From NCBI GenBank assembly GCA_964016885.1, contig OZ024742.1:344162001-344226000 (forward strand): DNA of 64,000 nt, given 5' to 3'. This DNA comes from Eledone cirrhosa (taxonomy: Eukaryota). The notes under the pieces are model-generated. The model ran no database searches. It was not told the origin of the DNA and was given only the letters and a program-made list of their open reading frames with translations. The first letter of the stretch is position 1, and the number at the start of each line of letters is the position of its first letter. The position numbers and the translations under genes are program-made. Shown here in pieces: positions 25,433-39,000 of this stretch.

Positions 25433-28400
25433 AGCTGCATTTATTTTGCTTTATGTTCATACGAGTTATCACCAAGTCACAACCAGTGACCTCAAGAGAC
25501 AACAAGGTCCGCCATGTTCAAGAAAGAACATACATACTCACACATGCATCTTTAGGTGTTTAGACTTGTGATGTACTTATATTGACAGAATCTTCCTTAG
25601 TATATGGGCAGTTCCCATTAGTACTATCTTTTGTATTTCTCCTATACGTGGGTTTCCTGGGATTTGCGATAAGTAATCATTAGATCCCTTAGGTATCATT
25701 CCTAGAGCGCCTACAACCACTGGTATTGTTTTAGTTCTCAATTTCCACATTTTTCCAATTTCTATCTCCAGGTCCTTATACTTGCTCAATTTCTCAAATG
25801 TTTTTATAGATACATTCTTGTCTATTGGAACGGACATATCAATTAGCAGGCATACCCTCTTATTAAAGTCCTTCAGTATTATATCAGGTCTATTTGCATC
25901 TATTTTTCGGTCTGTTTTGATGCTAAAGTTCCACAAGATTGAGATGTGATCTTTTTCAAGTATGGGAGGTGGTTGATGCTCCCACCAATTCTTTTGATCG
26001 GGCAGGTCAAAATGCTTACACATTATCCAATGTATGTATTGTGCAGCTCTGTCATGCCTGTTTAGGTATTCGGTTGGAGCTATAGGACTTCACATTGAAA
26101 TTATATGATCAATGGTCTCTGGTTGTTTTTTACATACACGGCATAATGGGCTGCATCCATTTTTTGTTATGTTGGCTTGGTAATTTTTTGTTGGCAGACA
26201 CTGATCTTGTGCTGATATAATCAGTCCTTCAGTCTCCGATTTCAGTCCAGAGGATGCCAACCACTGATGGGTTAAAGTTTTGTCAACATCAGGATTGTTA
26301 GCTCTTTCTGGGTATTTGCCATGCAGAGGCTTTTCTTGCCATTTCTTAGCCAGTTTCTGTAGCAGTTCTTTCTTTGCAGTTACTTTTACCTGCTTTGCTT
26401 TTTCTGTGTTTTCCATTTCAGCAGTAAATGGGACTTCTGAAATTTGTAGTCCATTACTGTATCATTGTGCATCTTTTGTAATGGAGTATGATCTTTTGAT
26501 GCTTTCGTGTTTCAAAACGAGTTTGATCATCCAATCATGTGATTCCCTTAGATATGTAGACAATCCAATTGTTGCAGTTTTCAACGCAATATCTAACTGG
26601 ATTAACCCACGTCCTCCTTCTTTCCTAGGGCGATATATTTTATCTGTATCTGCCTTAGGGTGATGCATTCTATGCATGGTTAAGAATTTTCTAATTTTTG
26701 TATCGAGCCTACGGATCCCTGTGCTTGACCAGTTGATGACATTGTAACTGTAGGTTACTACTGGTATGGCAAGCGTGTTTATGGCATCGATCCTATTCCT
26801 TGCATTCAATTCCGTTCTTAAGATTGCTCTTACTCTGCGGTAACATTCCTTCCTTATCCTTTCCCTCATTGTCGAGTGCTGATTCCATCTCCTTCACAAA
26901 CACCTAGATATTTGTAAGTTTCCTCTTGATCAAGTTCTCTTATCACATTCCCCCGATCAAGATTAATGTCTGAACTTTTCAGCAGCTTTCCTCTGGTAAA
27001 CGTTGCTTTGGCGCATTTATCTAGTCCAAACTCCATTTTAATGTCATCACTGAACTGCTCCACAGTGGATAATAGCCCTTGCAATTGTTTATCATTTTTT
27101 GCAAATAGTTTCAGGTCATCAATGTAGAACAAGTGATTAATGGTTTTGTCATAGATTTTATATTCATGTTTTGTTTCATTGAGCATTTTACTTAATGGTA
27201 TATGTGCGATGCAGAATAAAAGCGGTGATAAAGAGTCACCCTGAAAAATTCCACAATTAATATTAACTTCTCCAGCTTCCAGTGATTTTGTTTCACTATT
27301 CAAAAGGAGTGTCGTTTTCCATGTCTTCATAATTGTTTCTACTTTTGGCACAAGGCCAGCAATTATCTCAGTGTATTACTGGTACTTTATTTTATCGACC
27401 ACGTAAGGATGAAAGGCAAAGTTAACCTCGGCGGGATTTGAACTCAGTCCGTAAGGGGACGTAACTGTGGTGCAAAGCATGGCGCCCGACCCTCTACCGA
27501 TACTGCCAATGAATGACAAAAACCTCCTGACAACGGGAGATATTTTGAAAATCTCCAAACATTTTTCAATCCAACTGTGTAGCAAACTATCGAATGCTTT
27601 TTTATAATCTACCAAGCAATTGATAGATTTTTGTGTCTATTATGACAATCTTCCAGTATCATTTTGTTAACCAAAATCTGATCCTTACAGCCATATGAGC
27701 CTCGTTTACACCCTTTCTGCTCATTGGGAAATAGGTCATTTGTTATCAGGTGATCATATGTATATTCAGTTAGGACTGATGTTAAAATGTTATACATTGT
27801 GGTCAAGCAAGTTATCGGTCTGTAATTTTTGGGATTGTTTGTCTCATCATTCTTCAGAAGCAGGAATGTAATGCCGTTAACTAACCATGATGGTATCTTT
27901 TTTGGCTCCTTAACTATTACATTGTAAAGTTGGGCTAACAGCTCATGAGACTCTGTGAAGGCATTTATCCAAAAATGTTGTATTTTGTCTTTTCCTGGGG
28001 ATTTCCATTTGCTGGTTTTTCTAAGAGCCAAACGCAACTGTTCAACTGTTATATTTTCCCATATTTGTTCCTCAAGGTGAGCTGTATCTTTCATTTGTCT
28101 GTCTATCCATGGGGCATGTATATTATGAACTTTTTCTTCGGCCCAGATCTTTCCCCAGAATTCTTGCACTTCCTCCTTGGGTGGTATTGATTTAGCAGTT
28201 ATTGTTGACTTGCCAATTTTTCTGTAGAAGTTTCTTTGGTTGTTTTTTAACATATTATTGTCCTTATAGAATCTAGATCGTTTTTCAAAGCGCCTTATAC
28301 GAGCAGCTTTGGCCGACACTTTTTGATTATTTCTATCAGCATGTCTATGTCACTTGTTGATTTTATACTGTATTTTCTTTTCAATTTTCTAAGTTTAGTT

Positions 28401-29540
28401 TGTTTAACATGTTCACCTACTTTGTAGTTTGTTAAAATTTCTATGTCAGATCGGAAAAGGTTTATTTGGCGATTGATGTTCTCTGGCCAAGTACATTTCT
28501 TGTGGGAATTCCTTTGTTTTTTCATTTTCACTCCACATAAGTGAGTGGTGACTTTAGCCGATGCATAATAGAGATGATTTAAATCAGTAATGTTTAGTTT
28601 GTTTGTGATGATAATGTTTTTGAGAATTATGTTAGTCTTGTGTATTATCTTTTGGTTCTGTTTGGAGTTCTGGATCTTAGGGAGGGTGTCTCGTTGCCCC
28701 CATGTCAGATTCTTTCATTTTCATCCATTCGATCATAATTTCATCCTTCAAGTTGGCAAGTTCATTCTCATTCATTTCTTTATCATTTACGATCTCATTG
28801 TTTTCATTTTGAGTTTCATCTTGAGCATGCTCTCCCTCCACTTTTTCGATCCTTTCTTTAATTTGTTCTGTTGCCAGTGATTCCGCCCCAACCCTGAGGT
28901 TCGAAGTGTTACAGTTTACCTCATTTTCACTGACACATGTTTCATTTTCCCTTCGCTGACTTTGTGCTAATAGCTTGATCTGATCAATTTCTATATCAGT
29001 TAGTAACTTTTTTTTAACAATATTTCTTCGTATATTGGCTAGTTTGTTACTGTCAATATAGCCTCTGTTTTCGGGATGTTTCTTTTTCCAGTTGATATAT
29101 GTTTGCTCTGTATTCGATGTATTTGATGGGTAGTACATGGCAGTGTAGAAAGCCTCAAGGACTTCTTTATTATCTTTCCTTGACCATTTTTCTCTCTTTT
29201 TCTTTGGATTTATTGGTGGTGAGCATGGGGGACAAACAGTAGGAGTATTCCGGTTATGGGAGGTCTCCAGCTCCGAAGTGATGGGAAGGTTTGAACCATT
29301 AGCTGATTTTTCGACCCCAGTCTGGTTCCTCTCCGGGTGACGGCCAATCCGGTATAAGATTTTATCATTTGACATTTACTTTATTTTGTCGCGTTTTATC
29401 CTTATCCGCCAAGGGGTAATCATTTCGTGTTACCACTTCTAGGACGAGTGTCAACCAAGACTAAAGGGGTCGTCCTCCCCTAGAGACACGGCTATTCCCC
29501 GCCGGCCGCCATCCCGGTATTTCTTGGTCACGGGGTTTTC
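25431..29540 (-). mobile_element. R4/Dong-like non-LTR retrotransposon B, near full length and decayed, with a nested SINE
   Basis: Fragmented ORF from 29375 (MSNDK...KWSRKDNKEVLEAFY) through KSPGKD, YRPITCL, DYKKAFD, QGDSLSP, YIDDLK, CRVC..H and RPDIIL..DMSVP..EKLSKY to GTAHILRKILSI* at 25577. The 3' UTR ends at (TAA)n 25398-25430. Confidence 0.92.
27331..27510 (-). mobile_element. SINE inserted into the RT domain of element B
   Basis: Same SINE family, flanked by AAT on both sides. Removing it restores ...RRFLSF-I-MKTWK in frame. Confidence 0.9.
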
Positions 29541-30357
29541 TTTTTTGTTGTTTTTTAAATTGTTATTATCATGAGTGGTTCCTTAATGTGAGCATTGCGT
29601 GGCTTAAGAATGAAATTATTATTAATATTATTATTAATATTATTATTAATATTAAGATTATTAATATTAAGAATAAAAATTATTATTAATAATAATATAT
29701 ACTTTTAGCTGAAGTTGCCTGTTATTGTTGTTGGCTATGTCGGTGGTGGTGCTGGGGCTTTTTCTATTGTTGGTGGGGAAGGGGGGAGCCAGCAGTGCCA
29801 TAGTCGTTGACATTTGACCGAGTCACTAAGTCAATCTATTTATATCTTTTGCTAGCCTCTCCCTTGTCTAGTGATACAGCCACCTTCCCCTTTCTTAAGT
29901 TAACAGAAGGTAATGGGGGAATAGTGGTGGTAGCAATGAAGGAGTGGTGGCGGCGGTGACTATAGTGATGGCGTTGTCGTTACTGAGTTTTGTTGAATAG
30001 ACTGTCATTTGTTTGATCTGTGTATCTATGCGGTTTGTCGCGTATGTTTAATATATGTGTTGACATATTTCTTAATATTTGAATTAAACATTTTGAGAAA
30101 ACTTGAGATACAATAATAGTAATTATTATTATTATGCTGGGATTGATGGTGGTGGTGGTGAAATTGCCGTTATCTGGCTGTTGTATTTAGTGTACACAGA
30201 GGGGTGATGCGATAGGTGGTGTATCTAGTTTGTGGTGTTGGTGAAATTGCTGTTATTTGGCTGTTCTATATAGTGTAGACAGAGGGGGTTTTCTTCCATT
30301 TATAACTATTTTCTTTTTTTAATATAAAATTTATAATACATATTATTATTATTATAC

Positions 30358-33200
30358 TTAGACGCACGCTGGGATTGTGTGGGAGTAGCCGATAGGAGCG
30401 GGGTTTCAAAAGCCTCAAGCACCTACTCAGCCAGTTCCAACTGTCTGACAGGTATCGACTAGATTTCCCCAATGTGCCAGTATGGACATGGACCAACCGA
30501 ATGGGGTCATCTAGATCGTATATAGACAGGATCTTCATTAGGAAAATAGATAGAAATAGTGTGGGCTGCCACTTTTTAAAACGATCGCCTATTCAGATCA
30601 CAAATTTGTGATCTGTACGGTCGACCTAGATAAAACGCGTAGGTTAGGACCGGGTTACTGGAAGCAGAACATGTCATTTCCGGCACGTAAGGCTTACAGG
30701 CACCGAGACAACAATTTAGTTAAGCAAAAGTTGACAGGGGTGATCATCAACAACAGATGGTGGGGGATCTCAAAAGAGAGATTAGAGTAACTTCGATAGA
30801 GTTCAGCAAAGAACTAGCGTTAGAGAAAAATAGAAAGGACGGGGAGCTGGTAGATAAGTTTACGAGGCTATTTGTAGTGGCATTGCAACTGACGTGCTAG
30901 CGGCGAGAATGGCATTGGACCATTTCTTCAATGCGAAACACGAAGGTTGCATTGTCAGGGTTAAGGCGCGTGCGCTGAGAAACGAGGGAACCAAAGCTGC
31001 TCGATGGGCTCGCGTGGGGGAGGCGCAGCGTGGTAATAAAACCACAATTCGGTCTTTGGCGAACCGAGACGGACACGAGATAAACGATTCCAAGCGGATG
31101 TGTGAGGCCTTTCGCCAGCACTTTGCTCGGTTGTTCGGGGAAAGTGGCGAGTAAGAGAGAGTAGCGAATTTCAGTACCTACCTTGACGGCTTGCCGCGCA
31201 TCTCGACGGTCGACGCTGAGCGCTGCGAAAGGCCGATTACTTCAGCCGAAATTCAGGACGCCCTTGTCGGCTGCATAAGGCGCAAGTCACCCGGTTTGGA
31301 TGGCCTGCCCTACGAGCTTTACGTAAATATGCCAGACTTGTTCTCCGATCTCCTCGAAGCATTCTACTGCAACTGGCAGCAGAATGGGAGTATTCCCAGT
31401 TCTGTGAGCAGGGGAGTGGTCACGCTGATAAGGAAAGACGAGAACAAGAGGGATACATTAGACAACTTCAGGCCCATAACTCTGCTCAACACTGAGTTTA
31501 AGATTTTGGCCAAGGTGTTAGCAAAAAGATTGGCGCTTGTCGTCGAGGATTTGGTTGGGGAGGCGCAAACTTGCGTAATCCAAGTCAGGTCCATACACGA
31601 CAATCTCCACCTCATGCGATACATCATAGAGAGGGTAGGGTGTAAACCTGGCTTCGGTGGGGGCACTGATCAATTTAGATCAATCGTAACCATTCGATAG
31701 GGTCGACCATCGGTATCTGGAGTTTGTCCTCAAAGCAGCTGGCTTCGGCCCTGTCTTCAGAAGCTGGATCGCTGCAATGCTCAGCGGCACACGCTCGGTG
31801 GTCAAGGTTAATGGCCACCTCTCGGAACCATTTCGGCTCTCCCGATCAGTCGGTCAAGGGTGCCCTCTCTCTTCCCTTCTGTACGTATTGACTCTCGAGC
31901 CTTTACTGCGGAAGTTGAAGCTGTTGCAGGGCATCCCGCTCGAACGGGGACGTGGACAGGCGGTGTCGGCTTATGCGGACGACATCACCGTGATGGTGTC
32001 GAACACCTCAGAAATCGAGGTGGTCGGCACCTTATTGAAGGAATATGAAAGGTTGACAGGAGCCAAACCCGGAAAAGTCGGTGGGCTTGCAGCTCGGAAC
32101 CTGGAGAGGCAAGCCCATGCCGTCGAACAGCGTCGTGGGGCACTGGACGGACGGACCGGTAAAGTTGCTCGGGGTTTGGTTCGGACCAGACCTCCAGGTG
32201 GAAAAGAATTGGGACGAGGTAACGAGCAGAGTAGCCAGTCTCACCCAAAAATGGGCTGGGAGGAAGCTATCACTGAAAGGTCGCGCGGAGGTGGCGAATG
32301 CGTACATCGCGTCCGTCATCTACTACCGCCTGACCGTCGTGCCTTGCCCCCGTCCGCGCCTCGTCAAGTTGGAACGGCTCCTCTTCAAATTCTTGTGGAG
32401 GGGACAAGTTCCGTTCGTGAGGCCGCCCATCTGCTGCGAGCACCCTCTACGCGGAGGGTTGGGCATACCGTGGCTAATGATGCGCAGACATGCGTTGAGG
32501 CTGCGACATCTCGAGATATTCTGCCTCAACGGTGAACAGGTGTGGTCGCTGTTTATCAGACGGGCCTTTCCGCAGCTCATTTCTTTGACTGAGCTGCAGT
32601 CCTGGGTCAAGAAGAGACCGAGACTGGGTGACTGGCACCTGGAATGTTTCCAGGCACTCACTGCCCTCTACCAAGCGGGCAATGCGATCAGTGGAACTTC
32701 CACTCTCGAGTTCTATAGAGGATTAGTGGTGGGCAAGTGCGATGACGCACTCGGAGAATCCGGCTATCGGCCGAGTCCACAGTGAAGATCGACCCACCGC
32801 CTTTCTTAGGTCAGGAAGAGCAGGAAATTTTCCTCTGTCTGGTGGCAGTTGCGAAAGAGATTATATGGTGGACCAGGTTGAAAGGACTAAAGACAGACAC
32901 TTTTCTCTTCGGCCAATCCCTCATCAACTTCTTCAAGTTTCACCTGGAAAGGAAGGTGAGGGTGGAGAGAGAAATGCTGCCCCCAGTACATTTTCTAAAA
33001 GGTGGGTGAATGTGGCGAGAATGGCTCGTGTGAATGGGCCTACTCTGACTATGCGCCTATAGGCTAGCTAACTTCAGGAGAAGGGTGCTCTCCCTGGGTG
33101 CCCTAGAAGCGCAGGGTGGTTCAGGATTGGTGGGGTACCCGAGTCACCCCAGGGTCGTCCACCCCCTATAGGTTAGAGAGTATTATCATGAGAAGTAGGG
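30358..33200 (+). mobile_element. L1-clade (Tx1-like) LINE ORF2, 5'-truncated, frameshifted, GC-rich
   Basis: APE endonuclease tail (WTNRMGSSRSYIDRI...SDH), GPGYWK, KSPGLDGLPYELY, FRPITLLNTEFKILAKVLAKRL, GQGCPLS, AYADDIT, LSLKGRA, GGLG. The ends are approximate. Confidence 0.88.
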
Positions 33201-33761
33201 AGTTGTAAACCAGTAAGTAGACTGTCTGACAAAACTTTGCATTACACAGTGTCGATTGGCAGTATCAGTAGAGCATTGGACAACATGCTTTGAGGCATAG
33301 AGTTATGGCCCTTTATGTTCTGAGTTGACCTCCCACCGAGGTTAGCTTTGCCTTTCATCCTTACGGGGCCAATAAAATATGCAAATTAGGCTGCTCAACC
33401 GTTAATATGCATAAGGAAAGTATATACTTTCAAAGGTTCAATCGACTGACAGGGAGGTATACGGTGCTGATGACAGCTAATAAGCTAGAAACTAATACAT
33501 CGTTCCTTTGTCAGTGTTGAACGAAAGGGCAACGATGGTTGCTAAACACTGTACGGCTTAATACGGGATGTTTGTTTACAAACAAACCGAGCATTATAAT
33601 AAATGTTCGGTAAACCCATACGTACGTATATATATATGTGTGCATGTATGTATATATATACATACTACTGTACGTCTGTCTACATATATGTATATACGTA
33701 TACACACTTATATTTAAGTAACAGCCATACTAACTGTGAGAAATGAAATTTCATTTTTTCC

Positions 33762-33839
<78 letters not shown>

Positions 33840-34082
33840 GCACATTAGCAATACATGAGATGGAATTTACATGGTGGTGTGATGATGGGGATGAAGACGA
33901 TATATACAGCACATACTTCAGTCTATCGTTACAGTGCTTGGGCGAGCGACTTCCACAGCTGTCTAGCCTACGTTTATGCATCATTTAGGATATGTCTATG
34001 CGTGTGTGTGCGCGCGTATTTTTCCTGTATGTGTGTTTGCGTGTGTCTGAACTGTGTTTGTCTGTGTGTTTATGTGTGTCTG

Positions 34083-34139
<57 letters not shown>

Positions 34140-34719
34140 TGTGCCTATGTGGGTTTGTATTGGATCTCTGTCGGTTCCGATGGTGAGTGTTCCAGCTGTT
34201 CTCAAAATGGAACAGATTAGTGTCAGTGTCTCAGCATTCCACAGAATACCCTTAACGTAGTTCTCAGGGAGATTCAGCATGACGCATTATATGACTCTGC
34301 CTAGCATTTGAATTCCAGGTACAACTCATTTTTTCTAGCTGACTGGACCAGAGTAACGAGCAATAAAGTTTCGTGTTCAAGCACTGTTGGGAATCGAACT
34401 GGCGTTCTTTACGATCGTAACCTGAACATCTTAACCATTAAGCAAAGATATTGAGCGGCTCAGCAATTCCTGCTCTTATTTTTGTCTTACCTTTGCAGTT
34501 GGACTGACTGACGTACATATTTGCAGTATTAAATAAACACTTTATTTGTAAATGTGAGAGTGTCGTGTTAATGTGGTTTCATGTGGTATATGACAGCAAG
34601 ATTTAAACAACATATCGGAGTTTGATTTCACAAATATATTTAACCAAATGTGATCCGTGAAATATACAACTGATCTCCTCTATTTATATCAACCTTTTTT
34701 TCCTTCCCAAATATTTCAG

Positions 34720-34840
34720 ATAAAAACTCAAAGTACATTACTCTAGAAATAGTGGCCTCTACTTTAGGAATATTTGGTATCTCAGGGGCTTTCTCAGCCA
34801 TTTGGGGTTATCTACCTGAACTTATTCCAACAAATTATCG
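34720..34840 (+). CDS. SLC22-family transporter, internal exon F (TM10; absent from the ORF track)
   Basis: Acceptor atatttcag, donor CG|gtaagt; 121 nt, phase 1/2. Encodes (D)KNSKYITLEIVASTLGIFGISGAFSAIWGYLPELIPTNYR, matching the E-L-x-P-T-x-x-R motif. Confidence 0.93.
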
Positions 34841-35024
34841 GTAAGTTACTTTTGGTTATATAATTCCATTTTGTGCTTGGGGTTGGGGTGACATCTGATG
34901 GAGTCTTGAAAGTGCGCCGTCTTCACATACGGCATATCTCGAGCATTTTAAGACTCGCGAAACCCATTTCTCTACATTTCGTAACGAAGCAGATTTCTTC
35001 CAGAGAAAGAATTATATATATATA

Positions 35025-35079
<55 letters not shown>

Positions 35080-35721
35080 ATAATAATAAATTTGAAGACT
35101 AAAATCCAAAGAGGGAAGAGCTTCAGAAGATCCCGTTAAGAGTGAAAGCAGCTATTCTTTGCTTAAACTTTAATCTGTTATTTATATATATATATATATA
35201 CAGCTTTCTCGATCCCAGCACGAGGGTAGTACTTTATTTATCGATCTTGAAAGAAACGGAAGGTTGACATCGGTGGAAGTTGAACCTAGAGCGCAGGGAC
35301 CTTTTCGATTCTGCTAATTCGCAGACATCCTTTTTTTCACCTTATGAACAAATAAGAAAACTTTTACATGGCTATACAACCCCCCCCCCATCCCTGCTAA
35401 TCTTCGAAAAAATCTCGTCCTTCCTTGGTTATACAAGCCCCTGTCCCCATACTTTGGGACAAGCCTAGGACATGTCACGCTATATTCTAGATTCTAAAAG
35501 ATTGTCTTTCATTTCACAGCATAATATATGTCTATTGAAAGTTGGAGGCAGTTATTGGAGCACAGCTAATTAATATTCATGGTTGTTACACGTGATACTT
35601 GAGACTTATATGTATCAAGGCCTAGCTATGTACTTAATGTACTTATTTCGTGGTGGTTTCGGGGTCGGGTTTACTGCCTGGCACTTGAGGCAAATGTTTT
35701 TACGAAAGACTCAATTAAACC

Positions 35722-36038
35722 AAAGAAAGAGAGACAGAAATAGAAAGAAAAGGAACAAAAAAGAAAAAGAAAGGGAAAAAATAAAAAAATAAAAAAAGAA
35801 ACAGAGTGAAAGAAAAAAGTAAGAGAGTGAGAGAAAAAGAAAGCGGGAAAGAAGGAAAAAGAGAAAGAAAGAGAGAAAGAGAGAAAGAGAGAAAGAGAGA
35901 AAGAGAGAAAGAAAGAAAAAAGAAAGGGGAAGAAGTAAAAAAGAAAGAGAGAGAGAGAGAGAGAAGGAAAAATAAAGAGAGAGAAAGAGAAAGACAGAAA
36001 GAGAGAAAGAAAGGGAGACAGAGGAAGTAAGAAAAGAT
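35722..36038. repeat. Polypurine (GA/GAAA) low-complexity tract directly before the satellite
   Basis: Direct reading. Confidence 0.9.
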
Positions 36039-36057
36039 AATTACATCCACATTAACA

Positions 36058-39000
36058 GCCATGTCACTGTAATATATAGTTCCTCTTTAAGACTGTAACT
36101 ATTCCACTGTTGTGACATGTCATAGTCATTGTCAGCCATGTCACTGTAATATATAGTTCCTCTTTAAGACTGTAATTATTTCACTGTTGTGACATGTTAT
36201 AGTCATTGTCAGCCATGTCACTGTAATATATAGTTCCTCTTTAAGACTGTACCTATTCCACTGTTGTCACATGTTATAGTCATTGTCAGCCATGTCACTG
36301 TAATATATAGTTCCTCTTTAAGACTGTAACTATTCCACTGTTGTGACATGTTATAGTCATTGTCAGCCATGTCAATGTAATATATAGTTCCTTTTAAGAC
36401 TAACTATTCCACTGTTGTGACATGTTATAGTCATTGTCAGCCATGTCACTGTAATATATAGTTCCTCTTTAAGACTGTAACTATTCCACTGTTGTGACAT
36501 ATTATAGTCATTGTCAGCCATGTCACTGCAATATATAGTTCCTCTTTAAGACTAACTATTCCACTGTTGTCACATGTTATAGTCATTTGTCAGCAATGTC
36601 ACTGTAATATATAGTTCCTCTTTAAGACTGTAACTATTCCACTGTTGTGACATGTTATAGTCATTGTCAGCCATGTCACTGTAGTATATAGTTCCTCTTT
36701 AAGACTAACTATTCCACTGTTGTCACATGTTATAGTCATTGTCAGCCATGTCACTGTAATATATAGTTCCTCTTTAAGACTAACTATTCCACTGTTGTCA
36801 CATGTTATAGTCATTGTCAGCCATGTCACTGTAATATATAGTTCATCTTTAAGACTAACTATATCACTGTTGTGACATGTTATAGTCATTGTCAGCCATG
36901 TCACTGTAATATATAGTGCCTCTTTAAGACTGTAACTATTCCACTGTTGTCACATGTTATAGTCATTGTCAGGCATGTCACTGTAATATATAGTTCCTCT
37001 TTAAGACTGTAACTATTCCACTGTTGTGACATGTTATAGTCATTGTCAGCCATGTCACTGTAATATATAGTTCCTCTTTAAGACTGTAACTATTCCACTG
37101 TTGTCACATGTTATAGTCATTGTCAGCCATGTCACTGTAATATATAGTTCCTCTTTAAGACTGTAACTATTCCACTGTTGTGACATGTTATAGTCATTGT
37201 CAGCCATGTCACTGTAATATATAGTTCCTCTTTAAGACTAACTATTCCACTGTTGTCACATGTTATAGTCATTGTCAGCCATGTCACTGTAATATATAGT
37301 TCCTCTTTAAGACTAACTATTCCACTGTTGTCACATGTTATAGTCATTGTCAGCCATGTCACTGTAATATATAGTTCATCTTTAAGACTAACTATATCAC
37401 TGTTGTGACATGTTATAGTCATTGTCAGCCATGTCACTGTAATATATAGTGCCTCTTTAAGACTGTAACTATTCCACTGTTGTCACATGTTATAGTCATT
37501 GTCAGGCATGTCACTGTAATATATAGTTCCTCTTTAAGACTGTAACTATTCCACTGTTGTCACATGTTATAGTCATTGTCAGCCATGTCACTGTAATATA
37601 TAGTTCCTCTTTAAGACTGTAACTATTCCACTGTTGTCACATGTTATAGTCATTGTCAGCCATGTCACTGTAATATATAGTTCCTCTTTAAGACTGTAAC
37701 TATTCCACTGTTGTCACATGTTATAGTCATTGTCAGCCATGTCACTGTAATATATAGTTCCTCTTTAAGACTGTAACTATTCCACTGTTGTGACATGTTA
37801 TAGTCATTGTCAGCCATGTCACTGTAATATATAGTTCCTCTTTAAGACTAACTATTCCACTGTTGTGACATGTTATAATCATTGTCAGCCATGTCACTGT
37901 AATATATAGTTCCTCTTTAAGACTAACTATTCCACTGTTGTCACATGTTATAGTCATTGTCAGCCATGTCACTGTAATATATAGTTCCTCTTTAAGACTG
38001 TAACTATTCCACTGTTGTGACATGTTATAGTCATTGTCAGCCATGTCACTGTAATATATAGTTCCTCTTTAAGACTAACTATTCCACTGTTGTCACATGT
38101 TATAGTTATTGTCAGCCATGTCACTGTAATATATAGTTCATCTTTAAGACTAACTATATCACTGTTGTGACATGTTATAGTCATTGTCAGCCATGTCACT
38201 GTAATATATAGTTCCTCTTTAAGACTGTAGCTATTCCACTGTTGTCACATGTTATAGTCATTGTCAGCCATGTCACTGTAATATATAGTTCCTCTTTAAG
38301 ACTGTAACTATTCCACTGTTGTCACATGTTATAGTCATTGTCAGCCATGTCACTGTAATATATAGTTCCTCTTTAAGACTGTAACTATTCCACTGTTGTG
38401 ACATGTTATAGTCATTGTCAGCCATGTCACTGTAATATATAGTTCCTCTTTAAGACTGTAACTATTCCACTGTTGTGACATGTTATAGTCATTGTCAGCC
38501 ATGTCACTGTAATATATAGTTCCTCTTTAAGAGTGTAACTATTCCACTGTTGTCACATGTTATAGTCATTGTCAGCCATGTCACTGTAATATATAGTTCC
38601 CCTTTAAGACTAACTATTCCACTGTTGTCACATGTTATAGTCATTGTCAGCCATGTCACTGTAATATATAGTTCATCTTTAAGACTAACTATATCACTGT
38701 TGTGACATGTTATAGTCATTGTCAGCCATGTCACTGTAATATATAGTTCCTCTTTAAGACTGTAACTATTCCACTGTTGTGACATGTTATAGTCATTGTC
38801 AGCCATGTCACTGTAATATATAGTTCCTCTTTAAGACCAACTATTCCACTGTTGTGACATGTTATAGTCATTGTCAGCCATGTCACTGTAATATATAGTT
38901 CCTCTTTAAGACTAACTATTCCACTGTTGTGACATGTTATAGTCATTGTCAGCCATGTCACTGTAATATATAGTTCATCTTTAAGACTAACTATATCACT

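Noticed and set aside
18753-33062. RT ORFs as active, domesticated or prokaryote-type (retron, DGR, group II intron) systems
   Set aside because: All carry frameshifts, stops or catalytic decay and match ordinary eukaryotic Penelope, R4/Dong-like and L1/Tx1-like elements.
36126-36152. Repeated micro-exon or recursive splice site in each monomer (ttgtcag|CCATGTCACT|gtaata)
   Set aside because: The pyrimidine tract and donor are weak, and the 10-nt unit would shift the frame; unsupported without RNA data.
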